Positions 30,770-41,386 of a stretch of DNA of 64,000 nt are shown here, one piece after another. The position numbers and the translations under genes were made by a program. Position 1 is the stretch's first letter. Every line of letters begins with the position of its first letter. The stretch is from Winogradskyella sp. (lineage in GTDB: Bacteria > Bacteroidota > Bacteroidia > Flavobacteriales > Flavobacteriaceae), in NCBI RefSeq assembly GCF_013213835.1, contig NZ_JABSSU010000005.1, positions 205,294 through 269,293 of the forward strand, given 5' to 3'. A model generated the notes under the pieces. That model ran no database searches. It was not told where the DNA came from and saw nothing but the letters and a program-made list of their open reading frames with translations.

Positions 30770-32995
30770 TTATCCTCTAATCTTAGAAGTCTCTTTTTCT
30801 TCTTCTTTTTCAATCTTATCTCCTAATGTTCTGTTGATAAAATTGGTCATCTTTTTATATAAATGCAATCTTGTATTACCACCATAAATACCGTGATTTT
30901 TATCTGGATATATCATCCATTCAAACTGCTTGTCTGCTTGCACAAGGGCTTCTACCATACGCATGGTATTTTGCAGATGCACGTTATCATCACCTGAACC
31001 ATGAATCAAGAGGAAATCACCTTTTAATTTATCTACATGATTTATTGGAGAATTATCATCATATCCACTTGGATTTTCTTGTGGAGTAGTCATGTATCGC
31101 TCTGTATAAATAGTATCATAAAATCTCCAACTTGTTACAGGTGCTACAGCAATTGCCATTTTAAATACATCATTTCCTTTAAACAAGGCATTACTACTCA
31201 TAAAGCCACCATAACTCCAACCCCAAATACCCATGCGAGTTTCATCTATATATGGTAATTCACCTAGTTTTTGAGCAGCAGCAATTTGATCTTCAACCTC
31301 GTACTTACCGAGTTCGTTCTGAGTGACCTTCTTAAACTCAGCACCTTTAAAACCTGTTCCACGTCCATCAATACAAACCACGACATAACCTTGTTGTGCC
31401 AACATCTGATACCAATAATCGTTAATACCATTCCATCTGTTTGCTACAGATTGAGAACCTGGACCAGAATATTGGTACATAAATAATGGATACTGCTTAT
31501 TTTCATCAAAATTAGCCGGTTTAATCATCCACATGTTAAGATCATTCCCATTGACATTTATAGTACTAAACTCTTTCTCTGAAGTTACATATTCACCAAC
31601 TTTTTGAGCTAACTTATCATTATCCTTAATGCCTTTTACTAAATCACCCGTTTTAGCGCTATTTAAAGTATATTCTGGTGGTGAAGTGGCACTTGAGTGT
31701 GTATTAATAAAATAAGTGAAATCAGCACTAAAAGAGGCATTGTTAGTACCATCCGTTTTAGTCAATCGCTTTTTATTTTTACCGTTTAATTTGATAGAAT
31801 ATACATCTCTGTTGATTGAACCGTTTTCTACAGACTGGTAATAAATAGTATTATTATCTTCATTGAAACCATAATAATCGGTCACTTCCCAATTACCAGA
31901 TGTCACTTGGTTAATCAGTTTGCCGTCCTTTGCGTAATGATAAATATGGTTATAACCATCTTTTTCGCTTGTCCAAATAAAACTATTATCCTTAAGAAAT
32001 GTCAAATTGAAGGTGACGTCAATATAAGCCTCATCTTTTTCAGCAAGAACTATTTTTGAAGTCATCTTTTCAGTATCAATCATCCAAAGATCTAATTCAT
32101 TTTGATGACGGTTCATAAATTGAGCACTTAAGACATTGCCTTCCTTTGTCCATTGAATTCTAGGAATGTAGAAATCATTGTAAGCCTTATCAACTTTAAT
32201 TTCTGACAACTTATCAGAAGATAAATCATACAAATGCAAAGAAACCTTAGAGTTAGCTTCACCGGCTTTAGGGTATTTAAATACCTGTTGTGTTTGGTAC
32301 AAGTCAGAACCAAAAACATCCATAGAGAATTCTGGCACCTCTGATTCATCAAAGCGAATAAATGCAATTTGATTGCTATCTGCATTCCAATCGAACGCTC
32401 TTACAAAACTAAATTCTTCCTCATAAACCCAATCTGTAATTCCGTTGATGATTTTATTCTTTTCACCATCAAAAGTAATTTGCTTTGTTTCACCAGAAAC
32501 CAAATCTTTTACATAAAGGTTATTTTCAAATCCGAAAGCTATTTTAGTACCATCTGGTGACAACGTTGGTTCTTGCACCATCTCATCAGACACTTTAGTT
32601 ACCTCTTTAGTATTGATATCATAAATATAATATTGCCCAAGTCTAGAACGTCTAAATACAGGAACCTCATTCGTCGTTAATACCAACTTTGATTCATCCA
32701 AACTAAAAGTATAATCAAAAAAACCTGGAATTTCTGAAATATCTGCTGAAGACACTAAAGTCTTCACCTTATCTAAGGTCTTGTAGTCATAGATATCTAT
32801 GGTTGATGTTCTTGTATTTCTGTCAAAATTTAACACCGAATACTGCTTGCCGTTCTTCATTGAATGAAGCGCCTGCATCCCTTCAGTTCTAAAGGCTCCA
32901 CGCCATATTTCTTCTAAAGTAAGTTGTTTATTTTGACTAAAAATTAATGAGGTGGTTAAAAAACCAATAATTGCAACGAAGTGTTTCAATTTCAT
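30770..32995 (-). CDS. Dipeptidyl-peptidase IV (family S9B)
   Basis: From the ATG at 32995: MKLKHFVAIIGFLTTSLIFSQ signal peptide. Beta-propeller N-domain. Catalytic GWSYGG (Ser), GSGDDNVH (Asp) and DKNHG (His). Confidence 0.9.
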   Translation of the reverse strand: MKLKHFVAIIGFLTTSLIFSQNKQLTLEEIWRGAFRTEGMQALHSMKNGKQYSVLNFDRNTRTSTIDIYDYKTLDKVKTLVSSADISEIPGFFDYTFSLDESKLVLTTNEVPVFRRSRLGQYYIYDINTKEVTKVSDEMVQEPTLSPDGTKIAFGFENNLYVKDLVSGETKQITFDGEKNKIINGITDWVYEEEFSFVRAFDWNADSNQIAFIRFDESEVPEFSMDVFGSDLYQTQQVFKYPKAGEANSKVSLHLYDLSSDKLSEIKVDKAYNDFYIPRIQWTKEGNVLSAQFMNRHQNELDLWMIDTEKMTSKIVLAEKDEAYIDVTFNLTFLKDNSFIWTSEKDGYNHIYHYAKDGKLINQVTSGNWEVTDYYGFNEDNNTIYYQSVENGSINRDVYSIKLNGKNKKRLTKTDGTNNASFSADFTYFINTHSSATSPPEYTLNSAKTGDLVKGIKDNDKLAQKVGEYVTSEKEFSTINVNGNDLNMWMIKPANFDENKQYPLFMYQYSGPGSQSVANRWNGINDYWYQMLAQQGYVVVCIDGRGTGFKGAEFKKVTQNELGKYEVEDQIAAAQKLGELPYIDETRMGIWGWSYGGFMSSNALFKGNDVFKMAIAVAPVTSWRFYDTIYTERYMTTPQENPSGYDDNSPINHVDKLKGDFLLIHGSGDDNVHLQNTMRMVEALVQADKQFEWMIYPDKNHGIYGGNTRLHLYKKMTNFINRTLGDKIEKEEEKETSKIRG

Positions 32996-33144
32996 ATGTT
33001 CAGTTTTCTGTAAAGTGATGCCAAGTTTACTAAAAAATATGCAGAAATCCGCTTTTATTAACAGTAAATCAGCAATAATATCAGATAACTCACACATTTT
33101 ATGCCAATCCTAAGTATCTTTGTTTTTATTAAAATTATCAACCT

Positions 33145-34458
33145 ATGCCAAATGCTATTTCTGGCTTTTCTAAGCTTTCAAAATCTGAAAAGATTGAATG
33201 GCTTTTAGACAATTATTTTGAAGATAAAAAAAGTGCCCGATCGCTTGTTACACAATACTGGAATTCAGACGAAAAACTGCAAAGTCTTCATGACGAATTC
33301 ATAGAAAACACCATCACTAATTATTATTTACCGCTAGGTATTGCACCTAACTTTTTAATAAACAACAAACTTTACACAGTACCAATGGCAATTGAAGAAA
33401 GTTCTGTGGTTGCCGCTGCGAGTAAGGCCGCTAAGTTTTGGCTAGAACGTGGAGGATTTAAAGCCGAAGTGATTTCTACTGAAAAAATAGGCCAAGTTCA
33501 TTTTAATTACGATGGTGATTTTGAAGCTTTATACCAGTTTTTTGAAACTGTAAAAACAAAGCTTATTTCTGATTGCAAAGGCATCACCAAAAATATGGAG
33601 CGTCGTGGTGGTGGTATTATAAACATTGAATTAAAAGACAAGTCTACTGATTTAAAAGACTATTATCAGCTGCACGCCACTTTCGAAACTTTGGATGCAA
33701 TGGGTGCAAACTTTATCAATTCTTGCCTAGAACAATTTGCCAAAACCTTTAAAGGTGAAGCTGAAACAAAACTTGAAGGAAACATAGACATCATCATGTG
33801 TATTCTTTCTAATTATGTCCCAAATTGCTTAGTAAAAGCTGAAGTATCTTGTCCTATTGCAGATTTAAAAAGTAAAGATATTTCAGATCCAAAACTGTTT
33901 GCTGAAAAGTTTAGTCAGGCTATTAATATTGCAAAGGTAGAACCATATAGAGCAGTTACTCATAATAAAGGCGCTATGAATGGTATTGATGCTGTTATTT
34001 TAGCGACAGGTAACGATTTTAGAGCTGTGGAAGCTGGTGTACATGCTTACGCTGCTAAAGACGGCAAATACTCTAGTCTTACGCATTGCTCTATTGAGAA
34101 TGATAATTTTAAATTTTGGATTGAAATTCCGCTTGCTCTCGGAACTGTTGGTGGTTTAACTAGTTTACATCCTTTAGTGAAGTTCTGTATGGAACTGCTC
34201 GAAAAACCAACCTCACGTGATTTAATGCAAATTGTTGCAGTTGCTGGATTAGCTCAAAACTTTGGTGCTGTAAAATCTTTAACAACAACCGGTATTCAGC
34301 AAGGACATATGAAAATGCACTTAATGAATATTTTAAATCAAAACCAAGCAACTAAAGCTGAAAAGGCCACATTAGTAGAGCATTTTAAAACAAATGTTGT
34401 GACACATAGTGCTGTTGAAGAAGCTTTGAGAGATTTACGAATGACAATTGATAATTGA
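33145..34458 (+). CDS. HMG-CoA reductase (bacterial type)
   Basis: 437 aa. Motifs EESSVVAAAS, DAMGANFIN and LGTVGG. Confidence 0.9.
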   Translation: MPNAISGFSKLSKSEKIEWLLDNYFEDKKSARSLVTQYWNSDEKLQSLHDEFIENTITNYYLPLGIAPNFLINNKLYTVPMAIEESSVVAAASKAAKFWLERGGFKAEVISTEKIGQVHFNYDGDFEALYQFFETVKTKLISDCKGITKNMERRGGGIINIELKDKSTDLKDYYQLHATFETLDAMGANFINSCLEQFAKTFKGEAETKLEGNIDIIMCILSNYVPNCLVKAEVSCPIADLKSKDISDPKLFAEKFSQAINIAKVEPYRAVTHNKGAMNGIDAVILATGNDFRAVEAGVHAYAAKDGKYSSLTHCSIENDNFKFWIEIPLALGTVGGLTSLHPLVKFCMELLEKPTSRDLMQIVAVAGLAQNFGAVKSLTTTGIQQGHMKMHLMNILNQNQATKAEKATLVEHFKTNVVTHSAVEEALRDLRMTIDN

Positions 34459-34519
34459 CGATTGACGATTGACGATCCATAATAAAAACTAAAGATTTCT
34501 TACTCTAACAGATACAGAA

Positions 34520-35440
34520 TTGCATAAGGCTACAACATATAGAAGTAACGGTAAATTACTATTGACTGCTGAATATGTCGTTTTAGATGGTGCCAAAGCT
34601 TTGGCATTACCAACTACATTTGGACAGAACTTAACTGTTAAGGAGACTACCAACAATACTATTTCATGGCAAAGCATCAATGAATTGGGTAATACATGGT
34701 TTGAAACTGTAATATCAGTAGAGGAGCTTACCAATACTTTAAATATCGATATTGAAAAGGACGTAAAACAAAGATTGATTCAAATTCTTAAATCTGCTAA
34801 AACTTTAAACCCAGAGTTCTTAAATTCATCTACAGGATACGCTATTGAAACACATGCAGATTTTAATACATCCTGGGGACTTGGAACGTCTTCTACATTA
34901 ATTAATAATATTGCTGAATGGGCAGTTGTAAACCCTTACCAATTACTTAAGCTTACCTTTGGTGGTAGTGGTTATGATATTGCCTGTGCATCGGCAAAAT
35001 CTGCGATAACTTATCAAATAGAAAGCAACAATCCAATTGCAAATGCCGTGGATTTTAATCCTTCGTTTAAAAATCAATTGTACTTTGTCTATCTAAATCA
35101 AAAACAAAACAGCAGAAAAGGAATTGCTCAGTATAAAGCTTACAAAGGAGATCTTTCTAAAACTATTGATAACGTTAATGGTATTACAGATGCTTTCATA
35201 ACCTGTGAAACACTCGAAGAATTTCAATCACTTATGAGACAACATGAGCGACTGATTTCTAATATCATTAAGCTTGAACCTGTAAAATCTAAACTATTTA
35301 ATGATTTTAATGGTGCTATTAAAAGTTTAGGTGCTTGGGGCGGTGATTTTGTTCTCGTTGCTAGCGATTCTGACCCAACAGCATATTTCAAATCAAAGGG
35401 TTATAACACTATTGTATCTTATGAATCAATGATTCTATAA
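34520..35440 (+). CDS. GHMP-superfamily kinase of the GYDIA type (mevalonate-pathway associated)
   Basis: 306 aa. GHMP motif WGLGTSSTL and the GGSGYDIA motif. N-terminus ...NGKLLLTAEYVVLDGA. The only in-frame start nearby is the TTG at 34520. Confidence 0.75.
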   Translation: MHKATTYRSNGKLLLTAEYVVLDGAKALALPTTFGQNLTVKETTNNTISWQSINELGNTWFETVISVEELTNTLNIDIEKDVKQRLIQILKSAKTLNPEFLNSSTGYAIETHADFNTSWGLGTSSTLINNIAEWAVVNPYQLLKLTFGGSGYDIACASAKSAITYQIESNNPIANAVDFNPSFKNQLYFVYLNQKQNSRKGIAQYKAYKGDLSKTIDNVNGITDAFITCETLEEFQSLMRQHERLISNIIKLEPVKSKLFNDFNGAIKSLGAWGGDFVLVASDSDPTAYFKSKGYNTIVSYESMIL

Positions 35441-35464
35441 TTAGAACATTTAAATTGAATACAT

Positions 35465-35497
35465 AAAAAAAGACTTTACCAATGGTAAAGTCTTTTC
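35465..35497. terminator. Bidirectional terminator between convergent genes
   Basis: Palindrome agactttacca-a-tggtaaagtct (35471-35493), flanked by A6 and a T-run. Confidence 0.7.
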
Positions 35498-35527
35498 AGC
35501 TATTAATTAAAATACTAGAAAAAAATA

Positions 35528-37672
35528 CTAGTAAACTGTTTTAGCTCTGTTATCTTCGATATCAGCAGCTTCCTCTAATGCTTTATATACCTTCGTTTGA
35601 ACCGTATTTCTACGTGTAGAATTTAATCTATTCATTATAGGTGCATAGTTGTCAATTTCTGTAGCTTCAGTAACTTTAGTAACCTCAATAACATACACAC
35701 CTTTTTCACCATCGATAGGATTAGATACTTTTCCTTGTTCTAATCCAAATGCAGTACCTATCACTTTAGGTTCAGCACCTGCGCCTGATAAAGTTGTATT
35801 TTTTAATGTTAATGATGTTGCAGTTCGTGGACTCTGACCTTGATTTTTTGCAATATCATCAATTGATGTTGCAGTGATCTTAGCACGAATCATTTCGGCC
35901 TTTTTCTCTTTTCTAATTTCTGATAATGCTGTTACAGATGCATCTTCAACACTCATTAATCCTTCATCATTCTTCTCAACTAATTTAGCTACAACAAAAC
36001 CAAACCCAGAAACTGGGAAGTTCTTGTAATTACCAACTTCAGTATCTTCTTCAAAAGACCAACGTACAATTTGTCTCTGAGCACCTAAACCAGGTATGTT
36101 CTCATCAAGCTCTTTGAAAGTGATTGGCTTAACTGTAAATCCTTTTTCTTCAGCTAACTCATTAAAGTCTTTATCCTTTAATGCAATTTCAAACTTAGAC
36201 ATTCTATTAAAAACGTCTTGTAATGTTTGATCAGAAGGTTCAATTTTTCTAGAGATTGTTCCTAACTGAATTGCTTTATTAAAACTCTTTTGTTCTAATA
36301 TTTCGATAATATGGTATCCAAAAGATGTACCTACAACTTCAATATCGCCAACTTTGTTGTTAAAAGAAAACTCTTTAAACTCTGGTGCCATTCCAGCATT
36401 GTATGCAAACTCAATTTCACCATCATCCTCGTTACTCACTTTATCAGAAGACAACTCTAATAAATCTAAGAATTTTGTCCCTGAATTAATTTGGGCTAAG
36501 ACACTATCAGCTGTCTTTTTTGCCTCATCTGGTGTTGCAGTAACAGAAGCATCTGCTCTTTGACCACCTGCAAAAGGAATTAAGATATGTCTTACTTTAA
36601 CTGTATCTGCAAGTTGCTTCACTGCTAAAAGCTTAGTTAACTTAAATAAATCACCATCTCTGTAAGGACCATAATACTCACCTACTTCAAGGTTTAATAA
36701 ACTATCTTTAGCTACTGCAGGAATTTGAGCATCTCTTAAGAATGTAGCATCGTACTTTGTATCTGAATTAGAATTGATAAATTCTTCTACATCCGTTACA
36801 GAATCAAAACCAGGAATAGTGTCCGTATTCTTGCTGCTAGAGTTGTACTCCGCTCTATCACTTTTTAGCGCTAACAAGCTTGCTTTAATTGCATCTTCAT
36901 CTTCTTTAGATGCCTCTTCTTTAAACTCAACGTAAACTACGTCTCGATTAGCATCTTCTTTGTAAGTCTCTTCATGATTATTCATGTAAGTCTTAACATC
37001 TGCATTTGTTATTGTAATTAAACTGTCTGCAATTGAAGTATATGGTATCTGTACAAAACGAATATCAACGTTTTTGTTATCACCAAAATAATCATCTTTA
37101 GCTTCTGCTATTGTAGTGCTAATTCCAGCTTTAATCATATTGTAGTACGACTGTTGGATTGAGTTAGCCGCTATGGTTTGCTCATTATTTGACCAACTTT
37201 CGTAATTCACCATGAAATTACCTAAAGGAGCAGCTTCGCCTTTTAAATCTTTAAGGTTTGCAATAAATGCATTTAAACGATTTACATCGAAAGTTCCATT
37301 TTCATCTTGAAACTCTGGATAAGACTGAAAACTATTTTTTAGTAAATCTCTCATCTCATCTTTTTCAACAGATAAACCTAGAGTCTCATACTCTTCATCC
37401 ATGATAATTCTACGCAGCTCTTGATTGTATATTGTATTCATAGCTTGCGTCGATGTTACTCGACCACCTACTCTATCTTGGTAGTTTTTCACTTTTTGCT
37501 GAAAATCTACTCTATCGATATCTGTACCATTTACTGTAGCAATTACACCTTGGGTATTTGAGAATGCGTTTGGATTATCAATAACACCTTGAATTACAAA
37601 GGCGAATAATGCTAAAGCGATTACTAATATTAAGATTAGCGAGCGTTGTCTAATTTTATTTAAAATTGCCAT
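35528..37672 (-). CDS. Periplasmic chaperone/peptidyl-prolyl isomerase (PpiD/SurA-like)
   Basis: 714 aa. N-terminal TM anchor. Parvulin signatures VRHILIPF and FGYHIIEI. Confidence 0.85.
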   Translation of the reverse strand: MAILNKIRQRSLILILVIALALFAFVIQGVIDNPNAFSNTQGVIATVNGTDIDRVDFQQKVKNYQDRVGGRVTSTQAMNTIYNQELRRIIMDEEYETLGLSVEKDEMRDLLKNSFQSYPEFQDENGTFDVNRLNAFIANLKDLKGEAAPLGNFMVNYESWSNNEQTIAANSIQQSYYNMIKAGISTTIAEAKDDYFGDNKNVDIRFVQIPYTSIADSLITITNADVKTYMNNHEETYKEDANRDVVYVEFKEEASKEDEDAIKASLLALKSDRAEYNSSSKNTDTIPGFDSVTDVEEFINSNSDTKYDATFLRDAQIPAVAKDSLLNLEVGEYYGPYRDGDLFKLTKLLAVKQLADTVKVRHILIPFAGGQRADASVTATPDEAKKTADSVLAQINSGTKFLDLLELSSDKVSNEDDGEIEFAYNAGMAPEFKEFSFNNKVGDIEVVGTSFGYHIIEILEQKSFNKAIQLGTISRKIEPSDQTLQDVFNRMSKFEIALKDKDFNELAEEKGFTVKPITFKELDENIPGLGAQRQIVRWSFEEDTEVGNYKNFPVSGFGFVVAKLVEKNDEGLMSVEDASVTALSEIRKEKKAEMIRAKITATSIDDIAKNQGQSPRTATSLTLKNTTLSGAGAEPKVIGTAFGLEQGKVSNPIDGEKGVYVIEVTKVTEATEIDNYAPIMNRLNSTRRNTVQTKVYKALEEAADIEDNRAKTVY

Positions 37673-37766
37673 GGTTTATATATTTCGTATAAATAAGTTC
37701 GCGAAAATAGTATTTTCTAGTAAATTATGAAAGGAGATAGCTAGTTTTTATAAGGCTCTAAAGCGA

Positions 37767-39056
37767 TTAGTCCTCTTCTAGTATTTTAAGCAAGACAACA
37801 TCAATTTTAGTTGAAGAAACTTCCGCTATTGTAAACTTAAAATGATCAATTAAAACATCTTCATTTTCTACGGGAATCTCTTCTGTTGCATTAACAATTA
37901 AACCACCGAGAGTCTCATAATTTTCACTTTCAGGAAGATTAAGCTTATAGGTTTCATTGATATAATCTACTTCTAATCTTGCAGAAAATTTAAATGTATT
38001 TTCACTCAATTGTTCCTCAGTTAAATCTACATTATCATGTTCATCTTCAATCTCACCAAATAATTCTTCAATAATATCTTCAACTGTCATAATACCAGAC
38101 GTTCCACCATACTCATCAATCACTACAGACATGCTTTTTCGTTTTTTCGTCAAAATATTAAGTACATCTTTGATAAGTATTGTTTCAGGTACAAAACCAA
38201 TCGGTATTAAAATTGACTTAATAGACTTAGGCTTCTTAAAAAGCTCAAAAGCATGCACATAACCTAAAATATCATCTATTGTATTTTTATAGACTATGAT
38301 TTTTGTGCGTCCTGTCTCGATAAATAATTGTGTTAGATTTTCAATAGTTTCAGAGATATCGACCGCAGTTATCTCAGTTCTTGGCACCATGACTTCTCTT
38401 GCTTTAACTTCTGAAAATTCTAAAGCATTTTGAAAAATCTGAATTTCACTATCTACCTCATCGTGGTCTTCAACAGATTCCATCTGCTCACTAATGTAAT
38501 TACCGAGTTCTACTTTAGTCATCACCAACTCAACATCTTCTCCATTAGCCTTAAATATATTTTTTAAAACAGCGTTAGAAATCCAAAGCACAAAATCTGA
38601 AATAAGTGAGAAAAAAATATAAAAAATGTAGGCAGGTAGAGCAAATATTTTCAATAGAGAATTCGCATAGATTTGAAAGAATACTTTTGGTAAAAACTCT
38701 GCTGTAAGTAAAATGATCAAGGTTGAAATTACGGTCTGTGTCAATAACTGTAAATCAACCAATAAATAAGTTAAAAAAGTACTATTTGAAGGTAACATCG
38801 ACAAAAACCAATCCACTAAAAGGTCGCCCATTTTAAATCCGTAAATCACCAGCGCAATATTGTTGCCAATTAGCATCGTAGCAATAAACTTTGATGGTTT
38901 TGCGGTAAGCTTACTTAAGATTTTACCTAAAAAATCATCTTGCTTTTTCTCTAACTCAATATGAATTTTATTTGAAGAGACATAAGCAATCTCCATGCCT
39001 GAGAAAAATGCAGATAATAAAAGTGTAGAAACAATAATGACTATATCTAAAGCCAT
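37767..39056 (-). CDS. CNNM/CorC-HlyC family membrane protein (DUF21 + CBS pair + CorC_HlyC)
   Basis: 429 aa. 4 N-terminal TM helices, a CBS-pair region (EVMVPRTEI...) and a C-terminal transporter-associated domain. Confidence 0.85.
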   Translation of the reverse strand: MALDIVIIVSTLLLSAFFSGMEIAYVSSNKIHIELEKKQDDFLGKILSKLTAKPSKFIATMLIGNNIALVIYGFKMGDLLVDWFLSMLPSNSTFLTYLLVDLQLLTQTVISTLIILLTAEFLPKVFFQIYANSLLKIFALPAYIFYIFFSLISDFVLWISNAVLKNIFKANGEDVELVMTKVELGNYISEQMESVEDHDEVDSEIQIFQNALEFSEVKAREVMVPRTEITAVDISETIENLTQLFIETGRTKIIVYKNTIDDILGYVHAFELFKKPKSIKSILIPIGFVPETILIKDVLNILTKKRKSMSVVIDEYGGTSGIMTVEDIIEELFGEIEDEHDNVDLTEEQLSENTFKFSARLEVDYINETYKLNLPESENYETLGGLIVNATEEIPVENEDVLIDHFKFTIAEVSSTKIDVVLLKILEED

Positions 39057-39059
39057 TTA

Positions 39060-39248
39060 TTATTGGTTATTTCTATCCTGAAATTTCTTAGCGTATCGCT
39101 TTCTGAAGAAAAACATAAACACAGCTAATGCTGCAAAGAATAAGCTTAAGTATGGTCCTTTTTCTGTATTCCATTCAGAAATACCCTTGTATAAAAATAA
39201 AACGGCTATTGCTAAATAAGCATATTGAAATAATTGAAGAATTTTCAT
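39060..39248 (-). CDS. Small two-helix membrane protein
   Basis: 62 aa. Two hydrophobic segments and a basic C-terminus. It is packed 3 nt from the downstream gene. Confidence 0.45.
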   Translation of the reverse strand: MKILQLFQYAYLAIAVLFLYKGISEWNTEKGPYLSLFFAALAVFMFFFRKRYAKKFQDRNNQ

Positions 39249-39277
39249 GATCTAATCGTTATAAGAAACAAAGGTAA

Positions 39278-39850
39278 TTAATTATCAAATTCAAAATCGC
39301 CTCCCATTTCTAACATCTGAAAGTTTTTAAAATCTTTGTCAGCATCAAAACCAACACCATGCTTGGTACCTGCAGCATCTTTATATAACCAAGGCTTATT
39401 GGTAAAAACCCATTCTAATTTTTCGTTATAATATAATTGCTCTGTAAACAAGGAGTCTTTTTGGTGTGTTGCAATAACCACATTACCTCTTAAATCAATG
39501 ATATTGGTATCATCATAGAAAATAGCATAATCTGAAGTTATTGTTGTCAACTTTCCTTCTCTATCGTATGTCTTAAGCATAATACCTTCTGGAAATTCAG
39601 AAAAAGAAAAATCTCTGTTAGAATAATCTAACATTTTTGGACTTAATAGGTTTGCCAATAAGTGAGTTACAGTATCATTCTCTTGGAGTTCGGTATACTT
39701 TAAATCAATATTTTCTGCCTCACCAACAGGCTGATTCTGCAATACACCAATTTTCTGTACATCACTAAAATTGTTCTCACAAGAAAAAAACAAAGTCACA
39801 GCGATTACTGTGACTAAGTTCTTTATAATATGTGTTTTATTTATAACCAT
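39278..39850 (-). CDS. lptC: LPS export protein LptC-like
   Basis: 190 aa from the ATG at 39850, which overlaps the upstream stop as TAATG. N-terminal anchor VTVIAVTLFFSC. The C-terminal pattern DLRGNVVIAT...TEQLYYN is typical of LptC. Confidence 0.6.
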   Translation of the reverse strand: MVINKTHIIKNLVTVIAVTLFFSCENNFSDVQKIGVLQNQPVGEAENIDLKYTELQENDTVTHLLANLLSPKMLDYSNRDFSFSEFPEGIMLKTYDREGKLTTITSDYAIFYDDTNIIDLRGNVVIATHQKDSLFTEQLYYNEKLEWVFTNKPWLYKDAAGTKHGVGFDADKDFKNFQMLEMGGDFEFDN

Positions 39851-41211
39851 TAAAGTTTCGGAACTGTTATAGTTCTTTGAATCCAACATCCAACCTCAAC
39901 CTTTTTTCTATCAGGGTTATTGAATATATCTGATTTTGTAGGTGCACTAGCTCTATAACTTCTAGCAGACTTCGCAGCCGCCGACTTTAATCTACCATCT
40001 ACTCTACCTGCCTTTTCAGCAGTATCAGCAGCTAACCAAAATACAGCTCTCTTACTAAAGTTATCAGTACCACAGTTATTTGCACTCTTAGCATACATTG
40101 TCGCTATTGCTAAGTATGGTGAACCATCTGATGGATTTAATTTTAAAGCTTCCATGTAGTACTGTCTAGCTCTACCAAAACTTCCTTTCTTTTTAAGATC
40201 TTGTGCTAACTTCTTATAAAGTTTCGCCTTTTTTAATGGGTCACTTTCTAAAACTAATGACTCATCTAAATATTTCTTGTCATCTGTTAATAGATATAAA
40301 TAGTATGCCGTATCTGCTGTAGGCTCTAAGCTGTACTTTTGCTTAACTAATTTTAAGAATAACGGATCTTCTTTACATCCTTTAGCATACATTCTATTCA
40401 TAGCTCTTTGTAACCAAACACCATCATTCTTCTTGTCTTCAAAACTCTTTTGGTATAACGGCACTAAAACCTCACAATTTGCCCTGTCACCAAGTTTTTT
40501 ATCCATACTTGGAACGATCTTTTCTTCAAAATTTGAAATTTTCTTTTGATAACTAGCTCTTAACTTTCCTTCTCTTTTTGTTAATGTAGCACCAGACTCT
40601 TCCTTAGCAGCAAGTTTGTTTAATTTAAGGGTAAGACCCGCTATGATTGACTCAATTAATTCATTAACGTCATCATATTTATCAAACATATCTTGTGCTG
40701 GCATCTTGCCTTCGTCGTATAAGTCTACCGCTAAAGAAAAATATGTGTATAATGCTTTAGAATTTGTAAAGTTTGCTTTATCCTTTGTAAAAGCCGCATC
40801 AAACATATTATATAATTCTTGCTTAGATTTACCTAGTTCTTTTTTATACTTATATGCAAGATTTGCTTTATCCTCTAACACCTCACCTAACTCATATTTA
40901 GAAGCAAAATGCTCTCTACTTTGATCATGAAGCAGCATTAAATCATTGATAAAAGCTATTTGATCTGCACCAGTAGAATTCTTAATCTTATCCTTTAAAA
41001 TTTTTTCTCCGTGTACATAAATGGCTCTGTTAAACTTTGGACATTTATTTCTTACAATCATCCAAGGCCCATAAGCATCATCGTACTTCTTACTTTTTAC
41101 ATAGCTATCAAAAAGTGATAAATTATTCATACACTCCTCATCTTGCTGAGCAAAACCAAAGTTAAAGCTCATAAAAAGTGTTAATAGCATTACTGTAATT
41201 CTCGTCTTCAT
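39850..41211 (-). CDS. Secreted TPR-like repeat protein
   Basis: 453 aa. Signal peptide MKTRITVMLLTLFMSFNFGFAQ. Helical-repeat composition. No catalytic motif recognised. Confidence 0.6.
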   Translation of the reverse strand: MKTRITVMLLTLFMSFNFGFAQQDEECMNNLSLFDSYVKSKKYDDAYGPWMIVRNKCPKFNRAIYVHGEKILKDKIKNSTGADQIAFINDLMLLHDQSREHFASKYELGEVLEDKANLAYKYKKELGKSKQELYNMFDAAFTKDKANFTNSKALYTYFSLAVDLYDEGKMPAQDMFDKYDDVNELIESIIAGLTLKLNKLAAKEESGATLTKREGKLRASYQKKISNFEEKIVPSMDKKLGDRANCEVLVPLYQKSFEDKKNDGVWLQRAMNRMYAKGCKEDPLFLKLVKQKYSLEPTADTAYYLYLLTDDKKYLDESLVLESDPLKKAKLYKKLAQDLKKKGSFGRARQYYMEALKLNPSDGSPYLAIATMYAKSANNCGTDNFSKRAVFWLAADTAEKAGRVDGRLKSAAAKSARSYRASAPTKSDIFNNPDRKKVEVGCWIQRTITVPKL

Positions 41212-41386
41212 TTTAATTATAATTGTTAGTTATACTTTATTTTATTTAACTAATCTAGGTTTCAAAATATTTTCATGTAGTCACCTACACAGATATCTTC
41301 AGATTATGTTACGGTTAATTATTCATGTTTTTGAATAACCACTATTGTGCAACCAAAAGATATGCCAAACTTTTAAAGATGTGTTT

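Noticed and set aside
34447-34474. Heptamer microsatellite (attgata, then attgacg x3) spanning the HMG-CoA reductase stop codon
   Set aside because: It is a real repeat. However, the stop (TGA at 34456-34458) lies in the first attgacg unit, just after the attgata unit, so copy-number changes in the two attgacg units downstream would not alter the protein. No phase-variation logic is evident.
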